Below, one piece after another: positions 37,697-49,100 of a stretch of DNA of 64,000 bases; position 1 is the stretch's first letter, and each line of letters opens with the position of its first letter. Both the position numbers and the translations under genes were made by a program. Source of the stretch: Podarcis liolepis (Eukaryota); assembly GCA_965112155.1 (NCBI GenBank), contig OZ218099.1. One strand, written 5' to 3'. The notes beneath the pieces were generated by a model. It did no database searches. It worked only from the letters and a program-made list of their open reading frames with translations, and had not been told where the DNA came from.

Positions 37697-38473
37697 CTTG
37701 TTGATGCCCTCTTCGTTGGCTTCAACTTTCTTCTGCAACTGCATCGCTTGCCATAGATCGGCCACAGAGCCACTCCTGGCTTTATCCATCAAGTCGGTAC
37801 CAGAAGGCAGCTTCTCTAGGCCAGACATTTGCTGTTCAAACCCTTTGACCCGCTTTCCCAACCCCTGCACTTTCCCCTGGACTCCCTGCACTTGATCTTG
37901 CATTCCTTGGACCTGATCTTCCACCCCTTGCACCTGATCTGCCATCCCTTGGAGGTTAGCCTGCAGCGCGAACATTTTATTTTCCAAGTCGTCAAGGCGA
38001 GATTCTATGTCTTTGTCTGAAACCCCCTTTTCCTTCCTGGGCCTGCCTTCTTTGCCTTCCTTGCCCTCCAGGCCTTCTTTGCCTTCCTTGCCCTCCAGGC
38101 CTTCTTTGCCTTCCTTGCCCTCCAGGCCTTCCTTGCCTTCCTTGCCTTCCTTGCCCTTCAAGCCTTCCTTGCCTGCCCTGCCTTCCTTGCCTGCCCTGCC
38201 TTCCTGGCCCTCCTTGCCTGCCCTGCCATCCTTACCCTTCAGTAACTCTTCATCGGACAGTATCTCCCCAACCCCCGTCTCAATAGCCACCGGCATGTCT
38301 GGCTTGGGTGGCGGGCCCCGATCCATCTTGACCTCCGTCATGGCATCCTGGATTTTGAGGTACCTGAGGATGGCATGGAGGAGGGTGTGGAGGGCATTGA
38401 AATTGACATGGCCAACTTCGGGAGTCCCTATGGAGATGTCCGCCAACTCGTACAAGGTGACTTTCAGAGACAT
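37697..38473 (-). CDS. QRICH2: QRICH2 first coding exon (259 codons)
   Basis: ATG at 38473 gives MSLKVTLYELADISIGTPEVGHVNFNALHTLLHAIL, matching the QRICH2 long-isoform N-terminal motif (ELADLAIGTPEVGAVNFTALHTL). Ends EANEEGINK|gtatgt, phase 0. A pyrimidine tract plus cag suggests the exon begins at 38519. Confidence 0.9.
37859..37951 (-). repeat. Coding 21-nt heptad repeat (QGMADQV QGVEDQV QGMQDQV QGVQGKV QGL)
   Basis: Seen in translation and DNA periodicity. Confidence 0.85.
38039..38236 (-). repeat. Coding 9-nt tandem repeat giving 22 Gly-X-Y triplets (GKE/GLE/GRA)
   Basis: (ccttccttg)-type repeat on the + strand; translation GKD GRA GKE ... GKE GRP. Confidence 0.95.
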
Positions 38474-38879
38474 GTCTGCACCCCTTTCGACCCACCCTTC
38501 GCTTTGCGACAACCGCCAGCTGCCTTATTTAAGAAAAATAAAATAAAACCTTCTTTTAAGAAATAACAAAACAAAAACAAAACAAAAAACCCGGTCCCAA
38601 TCTTTTATTAACCCCTATGAAAATATAACGCTGGGATGGGAAGGCAGTTCAATAAATAAAAGCTCTTCCCTTTTTTAAAAACAAGGAATATCTGTCTGGA
38701 GTATATATATATATATATATTTAAGCCCAATTTATTGTAAGCCCATTCCTAAAAGTGAGCAGGCTCGCGCCATAAAGGGATGAGCAGCGCCTCTATCTCG
38801 CTTTATCTTTTTGCTCTTTTTGCCTATCCTTTTCCTACCCGCCCCCCTCAAAACGACCACCCCTATTTAAAGGGCTTTT

Positions 38880-39270
38880 TCAAAGCTCCCCTCAGCCTAA
38901 GCAGCACCCGCCCCCAGCGCAGCTCGCAGCTCGGGCGAGCGACGGACTGACGAGCAGCTCCCTGCCGAAGCTCGGAAAAGAAGCCGCCTCCGCCGCGGAC
39001 AATCCGGCCCCGTTCGAATCCTTGCGTTCCATTGGTTGCCTCACAAACCTTCTCGTTCCCGGATTGGCTTCGAGAACTGCTCGTGTGCTTTTGTTTACCT
39101 CGCCGGCTGCCGGCTGATTGCGAGCCGGCGTTTGTGGTTGCTACGCAACGGAGGCGACCGCCCTCCGCCGTTCCGGGACTCGCGGCGCCGCGCGAATTAT
39201 GACTCCGCGCGCTCCCTCCCCCCTCGCCCTTGCTAAACAGAGAGGAATGGGCGGGAGCCGAAGGAATCGG
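38880..39270 (-). promoter_or_regulatory. CpG-island promoter of QRICH2 with X-box, CCAAT and GC boxes
   Basis: Densest CpG stretch in the window, 400-800 bp upstream of the ATG; GTTGCTACGCAAC at 39137-39149; ATTGG at about 39031 and 39063; CCCGCCCC boxes. Confidence 0.8.
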
Positions 39271-41548
39271 GGAGGTTTGTTAGCCAGTTTAATATATTCC
39301 CAGTTTAATTAAGCTATTTCTTTCCCAAGAGTTTCCGAGCAGCAGATTCAAAAAGTATAAGATAAAATTTAGACGCCACACACAGAGATTTTTTTTAAGG
39401 GGGGTGCCTGTTGGTGGCATTCGTAGATCTGTTTACATTAAACATTTAAATTACCTTGTAGGTTTTCCTGAAATAAAGGAAAAAGTGCTGAAATACTGTG
39501 CAGAACCACGTAAGCGTGATTTAGCCCTAAGGTCATCTGGTCCAACTGTTTGCCAGAAGCAAGACTCCTGCAAAAGCTCTCCTTGCAGCCAAAGGCCTTG
39601 GATGGTGGAAAGCGACGAGTCTCAGGTACGGCTTAGTTTGTACCAGCCTTGTTTTCAGTGTTCAAGATACTGGGAACAGATGAACTGTGGACAGCGGCAA
39701 GCGGGGGAAATAGCTCAGTGGTGAGAAAAACAGGCTCTGTGTATCATAGAATGGTAGAGTTGGAAGGTATCTCAAGGTTCATCTCGCCAAACTCCATACA
39801 CTCTATTTAACGGTTAGTTTTGCATTGATTTGTGAAATCTAAATATTATTATTATTTATTAAATTTATATAGTCATTCTATTTTTATATATAGCTATAGA
39901 TACAGATATAAAAACCTATGCACATTTCAAGCAGATTTATGTCCAATGGGCTTGTGGCCCAGTCTTTTAAATATTTGTGATGCCCGTTTCAATAAATATC
40001 ATTTAAAAAAATAAAAAATAAATATTTGTGATGCCCTCTACTCCAAAGCATGTTTCCTCCAACAATGGGCAACTGCAAAGTTCCCATGCGACACTGAGTA
40101 CAGCAGACGGGGGGACTTTGTGGCCTTCTAAGTGCGGTTGGACTCCCATCAGTGCCAAGACAGCACAGGAAGAGAGTTGCAGTCCAACATCTGGAGGACC
40201 ACAGGGTCCTTATCCCTGCAGCCCTGATCTCTCTCTTGCTCTTTCCCAAATTTCAAAGCAAATATTCACCTACAACAGTGACTTCCAACAAGCAGTAGCT
40301 GTCTGTCACATCTCAACTGAAATATCCCCATGCTTTGCCTCTCTCGCAATTGGAAGGCTCTTTTTAACATCTCACTTCCGCTGTTTAATTGCAGTTTGAG
40401 CTCCTTTGCTCCTGTCTTCTCCACAGTAGCACAAAAGAGCAACTGGTCCTTGATTTCTCATAACTAGGATGGAGTGAAAAAAGGGGCAAAAGTGAAACAG
40501 ATGTAGGACCGGGATGGGGAACTCTGGCTCTCATTAGTCCCAGGCAGCTTGGCTGAGGGCCAGAAATGATGAACTTCTATATTCTTAACAGTGTTGGCAA
40601 TTTCCCTATCAACAGAGCCAAAATTTCTGTGGCAGACACTTGGGAGTAAACCACCACAGAACAGAGTTGGATGTATCTCTGAGTGAAATGCATAGGATCA
40701 GTCTACTCATGTTAGCTACTCTAGAACAATGTGAATTGACTTTGTAGGACCTAATCATGTTTTCATGGTATGCTGACTAGTAGTTTTTTACTACTATGGT
40801 TATATTTGTAACTATGCAATTTTTTTTCATGTTCTAAGCCAACTTGAGCATGGTTTTAGCTATGGAAAGGCGGAATTCAAATAAAATGATGTATATACGT
40901 AACATCAGCTCAGAACAGCTCTCTGTGTGTACTGAAAGGTCAACTTCTCCATTTATGGAGTGCAGTCTATATTACCATGAGGACTAGCACCCTGAATCTG
41001 GAAAAAAAATAGCAGATTCTTTGCCGAGTCTCTTATGTATGATTAGATGCCCTGATCATGTGATGAGAGCTGGTGGCTGTGCTCAGTTCCTCTCACCCAA
41101 GCCAATTGCATTTACAGATGAGAAAATACCCTTAGGGACCTACTGTAGAGCAGGGGTAGCCAACACATTAGTGACCACAGCTCCAGTTCTAGCTTTGGAC
41201 CTGATGGCTGGGGCTGATGAGCACCTCTAAACATCTGAAGGGCACATTGGCTACCCCTGCTTTACAGTCTGCACATGAAATTAATGCTCAACATTTGATT
41301 CATAAGTGTAAGGAATCCTGGCTGAATTCTAATACAGATCACTATGGAATTACTGTTTTAAGGTTATGCATGGGGTTGTTTATTTTTATTGCTGTTTTAA
41401 TTGTGTCTTTACAAATTGCAACCCATCCTAAGACTGGCTGTTGAAGGGAAATTAAGAAATATGTAGCAGCAACAGCAACAAGGACAGCTTCTCTAAAACC
41501 ATGATCAAGAATATATCTTTGCAGTATTTTCTGCTTCTCCTAAGTGTT

Positions 41549-42239
41549 TTTTTTTTTTTATAAAATTTTTATTGGTTTTGCAACATTTTTAAGAAAAACA
41601 AACAAACATTAAAAATGACAAACATACACGTATAGTTTCAAACATATTTTCATAAACCTCTTTTCTTGGACTTCCCCATACCCCCCCTCTCTGCATCCCA
41701 ATGTCCGTAGTTCAACTAGCAACTCCCAATTGTTACTTTCCAATCTCAATCATCTTAGTCCTCTTTTATAGTCTAACCTTATATCCCTGTACCCCTTTGT
41801 CTCTGAAAACCACGACATTTTAGCATTCATTAAGTTTATAGTAGTCCTTAAGGTAGCTTTTAAATTTTCTCCATTCTTCTTCCACCGTCTCTTTTCGTTG
41901 GTCACGGATTCTGCCTGTCATCTCGGCCAGTGTCATATAGTCCATCACTTTCATCTGCCATTCTTCCAAAGTGGGTAAATCTTGTGTCTTCCAATACTTT
42001 GCGATGAGTATTCTTGCTGCTGTTGTGGCATACATGAAAAAAGCTCTATCTTTCTTTGTCACCAGTTGGCCGACAATGCCCAAGAGAAAGGCCTCTGGTT
42101 TTTTAGGAAAGGTACATTTAAGTACCTTTTTCATTTCATTATAGATCGTTTCCCAGAAGGCCTTAATCTTCGGGCATGTCCACCAAAGGTGATAAAAGGT
42201 ACCTTCAGTCTCTTTACACTTCCAACATTTGTTATCGGG
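41549..42239 (-). mobile_element. 5'-truncated L1/Tx1-type LINE (ORF2 C-terminus with CCHC-like region, 3' UTR, polyA)
   Basis: CWKCKETEGTFYHLWWTCPK...AARILIAKYWK...EEW motifs; polyT at 41547; 18-bp TSD ctgcttctcctaagtgtt (41531-41548, 42240-42257). Confidence 0.9.
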
Positions 42240-42973
42240 CTGCTTCTCCTAAGTGTTGGGCTAGATAGCGGTGTTCTACTTCTGGCCTGACTGCATTGCA
42301 GTGGAGGTGAAATGATATTCTATATATAGTTTGTAATATACCCAGGGACCACTTTTAAAGGTGCACTGCACGGATGGGCACTGTAATGCTCTCAGATCTG
42401 AGATACAAACAGAACAAGAAACATATGGTTAAAGGAGTGTATGTCCATGTTGGTTGTGTGTGTGTGTGTGTGCATGTGTGTGAGAGAGAAAGGGAGGGAG
42501 GGAGGTGGTCTGGATAGTGCCCAAGTGCCCTTCTCTAAACAAAGTAGGAAATTCAAGACCCACTTACTGTGCAATGAAATCAGGGGAGCCTTACATTAGG
42601 TATGGTAGGATGCTGCAGCTATATATTTTTTTGTATATGTGAGTGAAGCTAAATAGAAAAATCAGGATTCATTTTGGTCCATATGTGAATCCCAGTAGAT
42701 AAAACTGAATTCAGGACAAGAATCACAGACTCATGACTGTAAATGAAACAAATTGACTGGTTTGTTGATATACAATGCTCAGAACAAGAATAGCAGTAAA
42801 TGTTTTAAGTTCAAATAACTGCGCAAATACATAGTTCTTGAACTACACAAGCTCTTCCGTGTAATTGACAAGCCAATGCAACAACTTATACGATCATTTA
42901 AACAATAATTTATCATCAAACCCTTGTCTGCATCTCCCTGCCTAACCTCCTCCAGTCCATCTAGTTTATGGGC

Positions 42974-43078
42974 CACAGCTCAGTGGTGTTTTACATACAG
43001 AAGGCCCCAGGTTCAATCCCCAGTGTCTCTAGGTAGCGCTGGGAATGTCCCCTGCCTGAAACCCTGGAGAACCACTGT
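42974..43078 (+). mobile_element. tRNA-derived SINE fragment (Squam3-like)
   Basis: agctcagtgg...ccaggttcaatccc...cctgcctgaaaccctggaga. Confidence 0.65.
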
Positions 43079-43860
43079 AGTATATAAGGCAGCATCTTAC
43101 ATTTCCAAGCTGTTCTTGGCATTTTTGCATGGAATTCATAGCTATCAATCCATTCTAGTGCATCCCCAGTTTCCTATAGGCTGGGAATAGTGAAAGAACG
43201 AAGGGGGGGGGACACAATAGGCAGCCTAGCAAGAACAGCAGAAGAATCCTATATGTGTCTACTCTGATGCAAGTTCCACAGAGTTCAATATGATTTCTCT
43301 ACCCTTCTGACATGCACTGGCTTCACCTGCAAGCAAATGCTGACATTCCGCGAAGCAACTACCAAGCTGCATGAGTCTCTGGCCGTACCCTGACCCTTAA
43401 ATATACAACCAATAAGAAGACAGATGTGTGCAAGCCTCCTGCAGGTGGCAGCATATCACATGAAATAGGACATAGGCAGCTATTGACAAAGCCTTGTATG
43501 AGTGTCTACTGAGAAAATATTCTGCTTACACACTGCACACTTTCTGTGTTGTGGATGTGACCCATATCACAGTCTTCAAGTATGCCTGTATCACCCAGAT
43601 CAGATAAGCACCAGAAAGCAGTGTATAGGTAACAACACACATCTCTTTTGCTTTTCTTTTGACCACAAGCAAATCTGGTCTAGCTAAAGAATCACAATCA
43701 CTGCTGCTGCTTAAATTTGAATTTTGTCCAGAAACACCCTTCACATTTCCCCCTCATATTTTATTCTATTTTGTTAAGAACAATATTTATAACCCACCCT
43801 TCATCTCAATGCATCCCAGGGGTGATTTAACTCCTTGAAAGAATGCCCTGCTTTTTCTTA

Positions 43861-44222
43861 AAGGTAAAGGTACCCCTGCCCGAAGGCCAGTCGTGACCAA
43901 CTCTAAGGTTGCGCGCCCATCTCGCTCAAGAGGCTGGGAGCTGGCGCTGTCCGAAGACACTTCTGGGTCACGTGGCCAACGTGACGAAGCTGCATCTGGC
44001 GAGCCAGCGCCAGCACCGCACACGGAAACGCCGTTTACCTTCCCGCTATAAAGCGGTCCCTATTTATCTACTTGCACTTAGGAGTGCTTTCGAACTGCTA
44101 GGTTGACAGGAGCTGGGACCGAACGACGGGAGCTCACCCCGCTGCGGGGATTCGAACCGCCGACCTTACGATTGGCAAGTCCTAGGCACTGAGGTTTTAT
44201 CCACAGCGCCACTTGTGTCCCT
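43861..44222 (-). mobile_element. Sauria SINE, full length
   Basis: Head gggacac..gtggcgctgtgg, ggttcgaatcc B box, (accttt) tail; 13-bp TSD ctgctttttctta. Confidence 0.92.
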
Positions 44223-44490
44223 CTGCTTTTTCTTAGGACATTCCTATTTCCATTCGATAAATGTTGGAGGATATGGTAGGATGTTCCTATCTTCATCAGA
44301 GAAATGCTGGAGGGTATGGAGTTATCCAACTCCTGTATTGGGAAGGATTTTTAAAAAAATGTTTAATGTTTCACTATGTTTATCTAGATGCTGGAAGCCA
44401 CGCAGAGTGGCAACCCAGTCATATGGGTGGGGTATAAATAGTAAAGTCCTTCTTATTATTATGGAATAGGATGTCCCTATTTTCATCAGA

Positions 44491-44778
44491 GGGACGTGGG
44501 TGGCACTGTGGGTTAAACCACAGAGCCTAGGACTTGCCGATCAGAAGGTCGGTGGTTCGAATCCCCGCGACGGGGTGAGCTCCTGTTGCTCGGTCCCTGC
44601 TGCTGCCCACCCAGCATTTCTGTGCGCTGCTCTGGTTCACCAGAAGCGGCTTAGTCATGCTGGCCACATGACCCAGAAGCTGTACGCAGGCTCCCTCAGC
44701 CAATAAAGCGAGATGAGCGCCGCAACCCCAGAGTCGGTCACGACTGGACCTAATGGTCAGGGGTCCCCTTTACCTTAC
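44491..44778 (+). mobile_element. Sauria SINE with internal deletion
   Basis: gggacgtgggtggcactgtgggttaaaccac...ggttcgaatcc...cccctttacctt. Confidence 0.9.
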
Positions 44779-45861
44779 TCACACTAGAAACTCTTAAGAC
44801 ATATAGCTGTAGATTTAAAATCATGTGTTTATAAGCTTCCTCAAGTGCTTACTTGGACGCAGACAGTTCTTGGCATATACTTTGAAGAAGCACAACTGTC
44901 GACTTATTTACTGTTGTTAACAGCTCCAAAGCTGTGGGTTACAGTACAGCATCCTCTGTATCCTTTTTGTGTTCCTTCACTCTTCTCAGGAAAGTGGGTG
45001 GTCACCTTCACTTACTGGAGATCTCTGCTCACTAATGATGTATATAACAAGTCAGAGGGCCGCAGCTGATGTGTGTGCACTGTTTATACATAATCTGCAA
45101 TTGACTCCTCATAATTGCTGGCACAACTTAATTGCTGTTTCCAGTTTAGAGATAAGTACCAGCAGCTCTTGGGATATTTTGAAGACAACAGCTGGAAAGG
45201 GAATCTGTGACCATTTTCTCTGATCTCATTGTTATAACAAGCCTTCATTCATAACTCCAATCACAGTTTGCCCCACTTGTTGTATAAACAATTCCAGGTA
45301 TGTAAGGGAAGAAATGTCACTTTCTCTTTCAGTTGCTGGCACTCAAAAGGGCTATTAAACCCTGGCATTGCTAAATTCAAATACTGAGTTATTAAACAAG
45401 GACCTTCAAATTACAAGAATTAAAGACCCTCTGGAATGATACTTTGATTTGCTTTTCGTTTTAACAGAATGATTCACCCACTGCATCCTTCACAAGGTCC
45501 TTAGCTAGCAGCACCAATTCTATCATAAGTATGGATCTGAAACTCTGCAACAGATTTTCCGCCTATAAAATAGTGCATCATGTGGAATTCTCCATGTCTT
45601 GTTGAAGCTGTTACTGATGTACAAGCCTAATTCAGTTATTTTGTATCACTACAAAACGCAGGAATCCCTTCTAAACCTTATACTGTATTTATATTCTATA
45701 AAACCTCAGGTGGATCTTCATTTCAGGAGCAAAATTTAAACCTCACGAGTCCTACTGATCATATGATATATTCAAAAACACCTCTCTTCCCAGGAGAAAT
45801 TTATGCAGGGAAATGTGTAAGATTACACCTAAAAGGTGTAATTTTGCATGTGATAATTCTT

Positions 45862-46150
45862 TCATAGAATCATAGAATCATAGAGTTGGAAGAGACAAGG
45901 GCCATCGAGTCCAACCCCCTGCCAAGCAGGAAACACCATCAGAGCACTCCTGACATATGGTTGTCAAGCCTCTGCTTAAAGACCTCCAAAGAAGGAGACT
46001 CCACCACACTCCTTGGCAGCAAATTCCACTGTCGAACAGCTCTTACTGTCAGGAAGTTCTTCCTAATGTTTAGGTGGAATCTTCTTTCTTGTAGTTTGGC
46101 TCCATTGCTCAGTGTCCGCTTCTCTGGAGCAGCAGAAAACAACCTTTCTC
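45862..46150 (-). mobile_element. CR1 LINE 3' fragment
   Basis: RFHLNIRKNFLTVRAVRQWNLLPRSVVESPSLEVFKQRLD; (attctatg)n tail. Confidence 0.92.
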
Positions 46151-49100
46151 CCTTTCTCTTTGAGGAAGGATACTCACTTAACCCCCTTTAAGCCTTCTGT
46201 TATGGGAAATTATTCCCAGGGCATGTTTAGCATGTGATTGGCACTGTTCATACACTGAAAAGGAACCTTGGTCTCTTAAGGCTCATCTGATTTCCTTTTG
46301 AGCTGTGCTTTCCAGACACGGGCACACACTTTAAAGCTCTGTGTTGTGGGGTTTTGTTTTGTTTTGTTTTTGGTCCCAGCACTTTCCTCAGGGAAACCCA
46401 TGTTTTATTGCTGAATCTGAGCAAATCTACAGAGAATCCAATTGCCATTTTCTCCAATTCAGCAGTAAAACAGATTTCCCTGGGGAAAGTGCTTTGGCAA
46501 AAAAACAACACTTGGACACAGAGCTTTAAAACCCCGACCTGTGTCTAGAAACACAGCACAAAAGGCAGTCTGGATGAGCCCTTAGTGTGGAAGAGCTTTC
46601 CAGGTTATCATAAAAATACATGCAAGTGGAAGGCTGTGTCCTGTGAGATACCCAAAGGCAAGAGCATGCACATAGATTTTTCTGTGCACCTCCCTCTAGG
46701 CTTTGCCTGCAGATTTGCTCATGGCAAAGCAAACATTATTAAAAATCAATCCCAAACAGAAAGGAAAACTGAAAAGAAAAACAAGGCGCAAAGCACACCA
46801 TTGTCAAGAAGTGACAGTCACTGCAAGTTTAATTTAAAGTGTTACTGTGGCTGCCTCCTTATGCCAACCCACAAAGCTCCATCATGCTAAGTTCCTTTCT
46901 CAGGTTAGTATGGAAGTCAAGAAATACAGGTTTAAGATAACAAAGTTCCTATTCCAATGGTTGAAAAGGATTTTTGTTTGGGATTCCTAGCAGCAATCAT
47001 AGCAGTTGAGAACAGGCTCTAGCAAGCAGGCTTGACAAAAAGTAGATGCTTAGATTTTTTTCCCCACTTCACCCTGATTTGGAAGGCTAAAAACAACTGA
47101 CTGCATGTGCATGATAGCAGGCTTTTCATACTGCCCACTGCACCATCAGTATCTCTGAGAAATGCACAAAGGGTTCATAGATGTTAAACACTACAGGAAT
47201 ATTCTGAATAAATCACCTCTTCTTTGGATACATTATAAAATTTCTGCTCCAGACGGCAATCTTCACAGCTTGCACAAAGGAATAGTACACCTAGAATGTT
47301 CAAAACAGAGGCCAGAGATCCTACCATGGTGTACAGGCTAAGGCATATAAGCCCTGATCAAACTGCCTTCTGGTTCAACAAGGATCAGGATCTATTAGGC
47401 AGTGCATCAGATCAGGACTAGTTTCAGCCCTGTTTCTCAAAAGCACACCAAGGTTCTTTCTGAAGTATCTAGGGTTTTTTTTGTTTGTTTTGCATGTCCA
47501 CAGCAAGTGGCAAAATTCCACTCTTATTTTGACAGCTCTGATTAAGAGAAGACTCTGCATGGTTATAAACATAATCAAATTTGAAAAAGATAATATGCAA
47601 TGGAAGCATGCTTTTTCTGATCACGCAAGAAGGCTACTGGACATTTGCCCATTTCTCAGTTGTATGGTTTGCCTCCTCTGTGAAACTTGGATCATGTTCT
47701 GTGTGCTGTTTTGTGACCAGTTGCATGGTGTGGCATGACAGAACTTCTTTTGTCTTAGAATCTCAGAAAGCTAAGGTATAAAATATACTCCCTTCTCCCA
47801 TAGCTTCAGCTTGAGGCAGGCAATTTACTTGAGATGGAGGTTGCAACTGTCTGCACTAGTAAGTGGGTTTGATGCATCACCCTGTCACCCTAATTAAAAA
47901 GCATGAAAAAAAAGCAAAACAGAACAAAATGAGAATGAGGGGGATAAATGTTAAAATGTCAAAGCAGTTTTAAAAATTGTGCATCTGGAAAAAAAATATT
48001 CTAAATATCTGAAAAAGAAGTGATTTCCCATTTAAAACCAAAAGCCAGCTCCCTCCAAAAGCTCTAACTTAAACTAGCAAAAATAACCTCTTCAAGTCTT
48101 CCCCAGGAGCTGGGGGTGATGGAAAAGGAGAGGTTATGGGCTTTCTTTCTAAAACCTACAAGACTAAAGGGAAAATGCTGCAACAACTGGAATATGTAAA
48201 GAAAACCCTCTAGGATTAGTGTGGACAGAAACAAAATTCAAATGCCATGTGTAACACTTTTACATCACTTTAATTTTCATCCACCATCCCTCTTGTTGTA
48301 GTCCAGGGTCTTGACATATCGATTGTCCCTGCCAAATTGCTTAGAACATTAGGGACCAATATAGTGTTCAAACAAAGCAGTATGATAATGCACAGATGAA
48401 CATTTTAACCCTCCAACATGAATATAGGTGGTTTTCATCGTTGTAAAACTGGCAACAGTAATCCATCATGAATATTTGAACCGCTTTTGAGAGCAAAGGA
48501 GACCTCACGATGTTTGGGACTTTACCCACAACTTTACACAATGCCGCTAATACTTTAACTGTTAACATTAGAAGTTTCTCAGACAAATTCAAATCCGAGT
48601 TCATAAAAATCACAGCAATGGATGAGAGTAACTTTGCTCTAATGCTCAGCATTCATAGTAAACCTATCCCAAGGTATTGCTTATGTTTAAAACCATCTGG
48701 GAGGGCTTTTAAAAGACAGCATCTCAACAAGATGTGCATACCTAGGTAGTCGTGATGAGACGGAAAGGTAGTTAAGTTGTGTTGTGTGCATTTTTGCATA
48801 CATAAATGGAGGAAACTTTATTTGCTGACCAGTTAAAAGCCTGTCCTGGACTTGCAGTTTTCTTGCCTGTAATTTAATATGGAATGATATACATTTTAAA
48901 ATGTGCTTGAGTTGGAGGGAAAATATGTTGGGGAAAGGTGAAGAACAACCCTCCCCCCCAAAGATAAGTGAAGACGACATTCTGCATGGTACTTTTGAAA
49001 GCCTCGTCTGTGTTTTTGATAACTCAGGCTATTAAGGGAGAGTTTCAACATTACAAGTTGTTTCCATTTTTATCAGTCTAGAAGATACTGTATGCTTGGG

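Noticed and set aside
38007-38546. 179-aa (PSL)n ORF on the + strand
   Set aside because: Antisense shadow of the GKE repeat; no independent gene structure.
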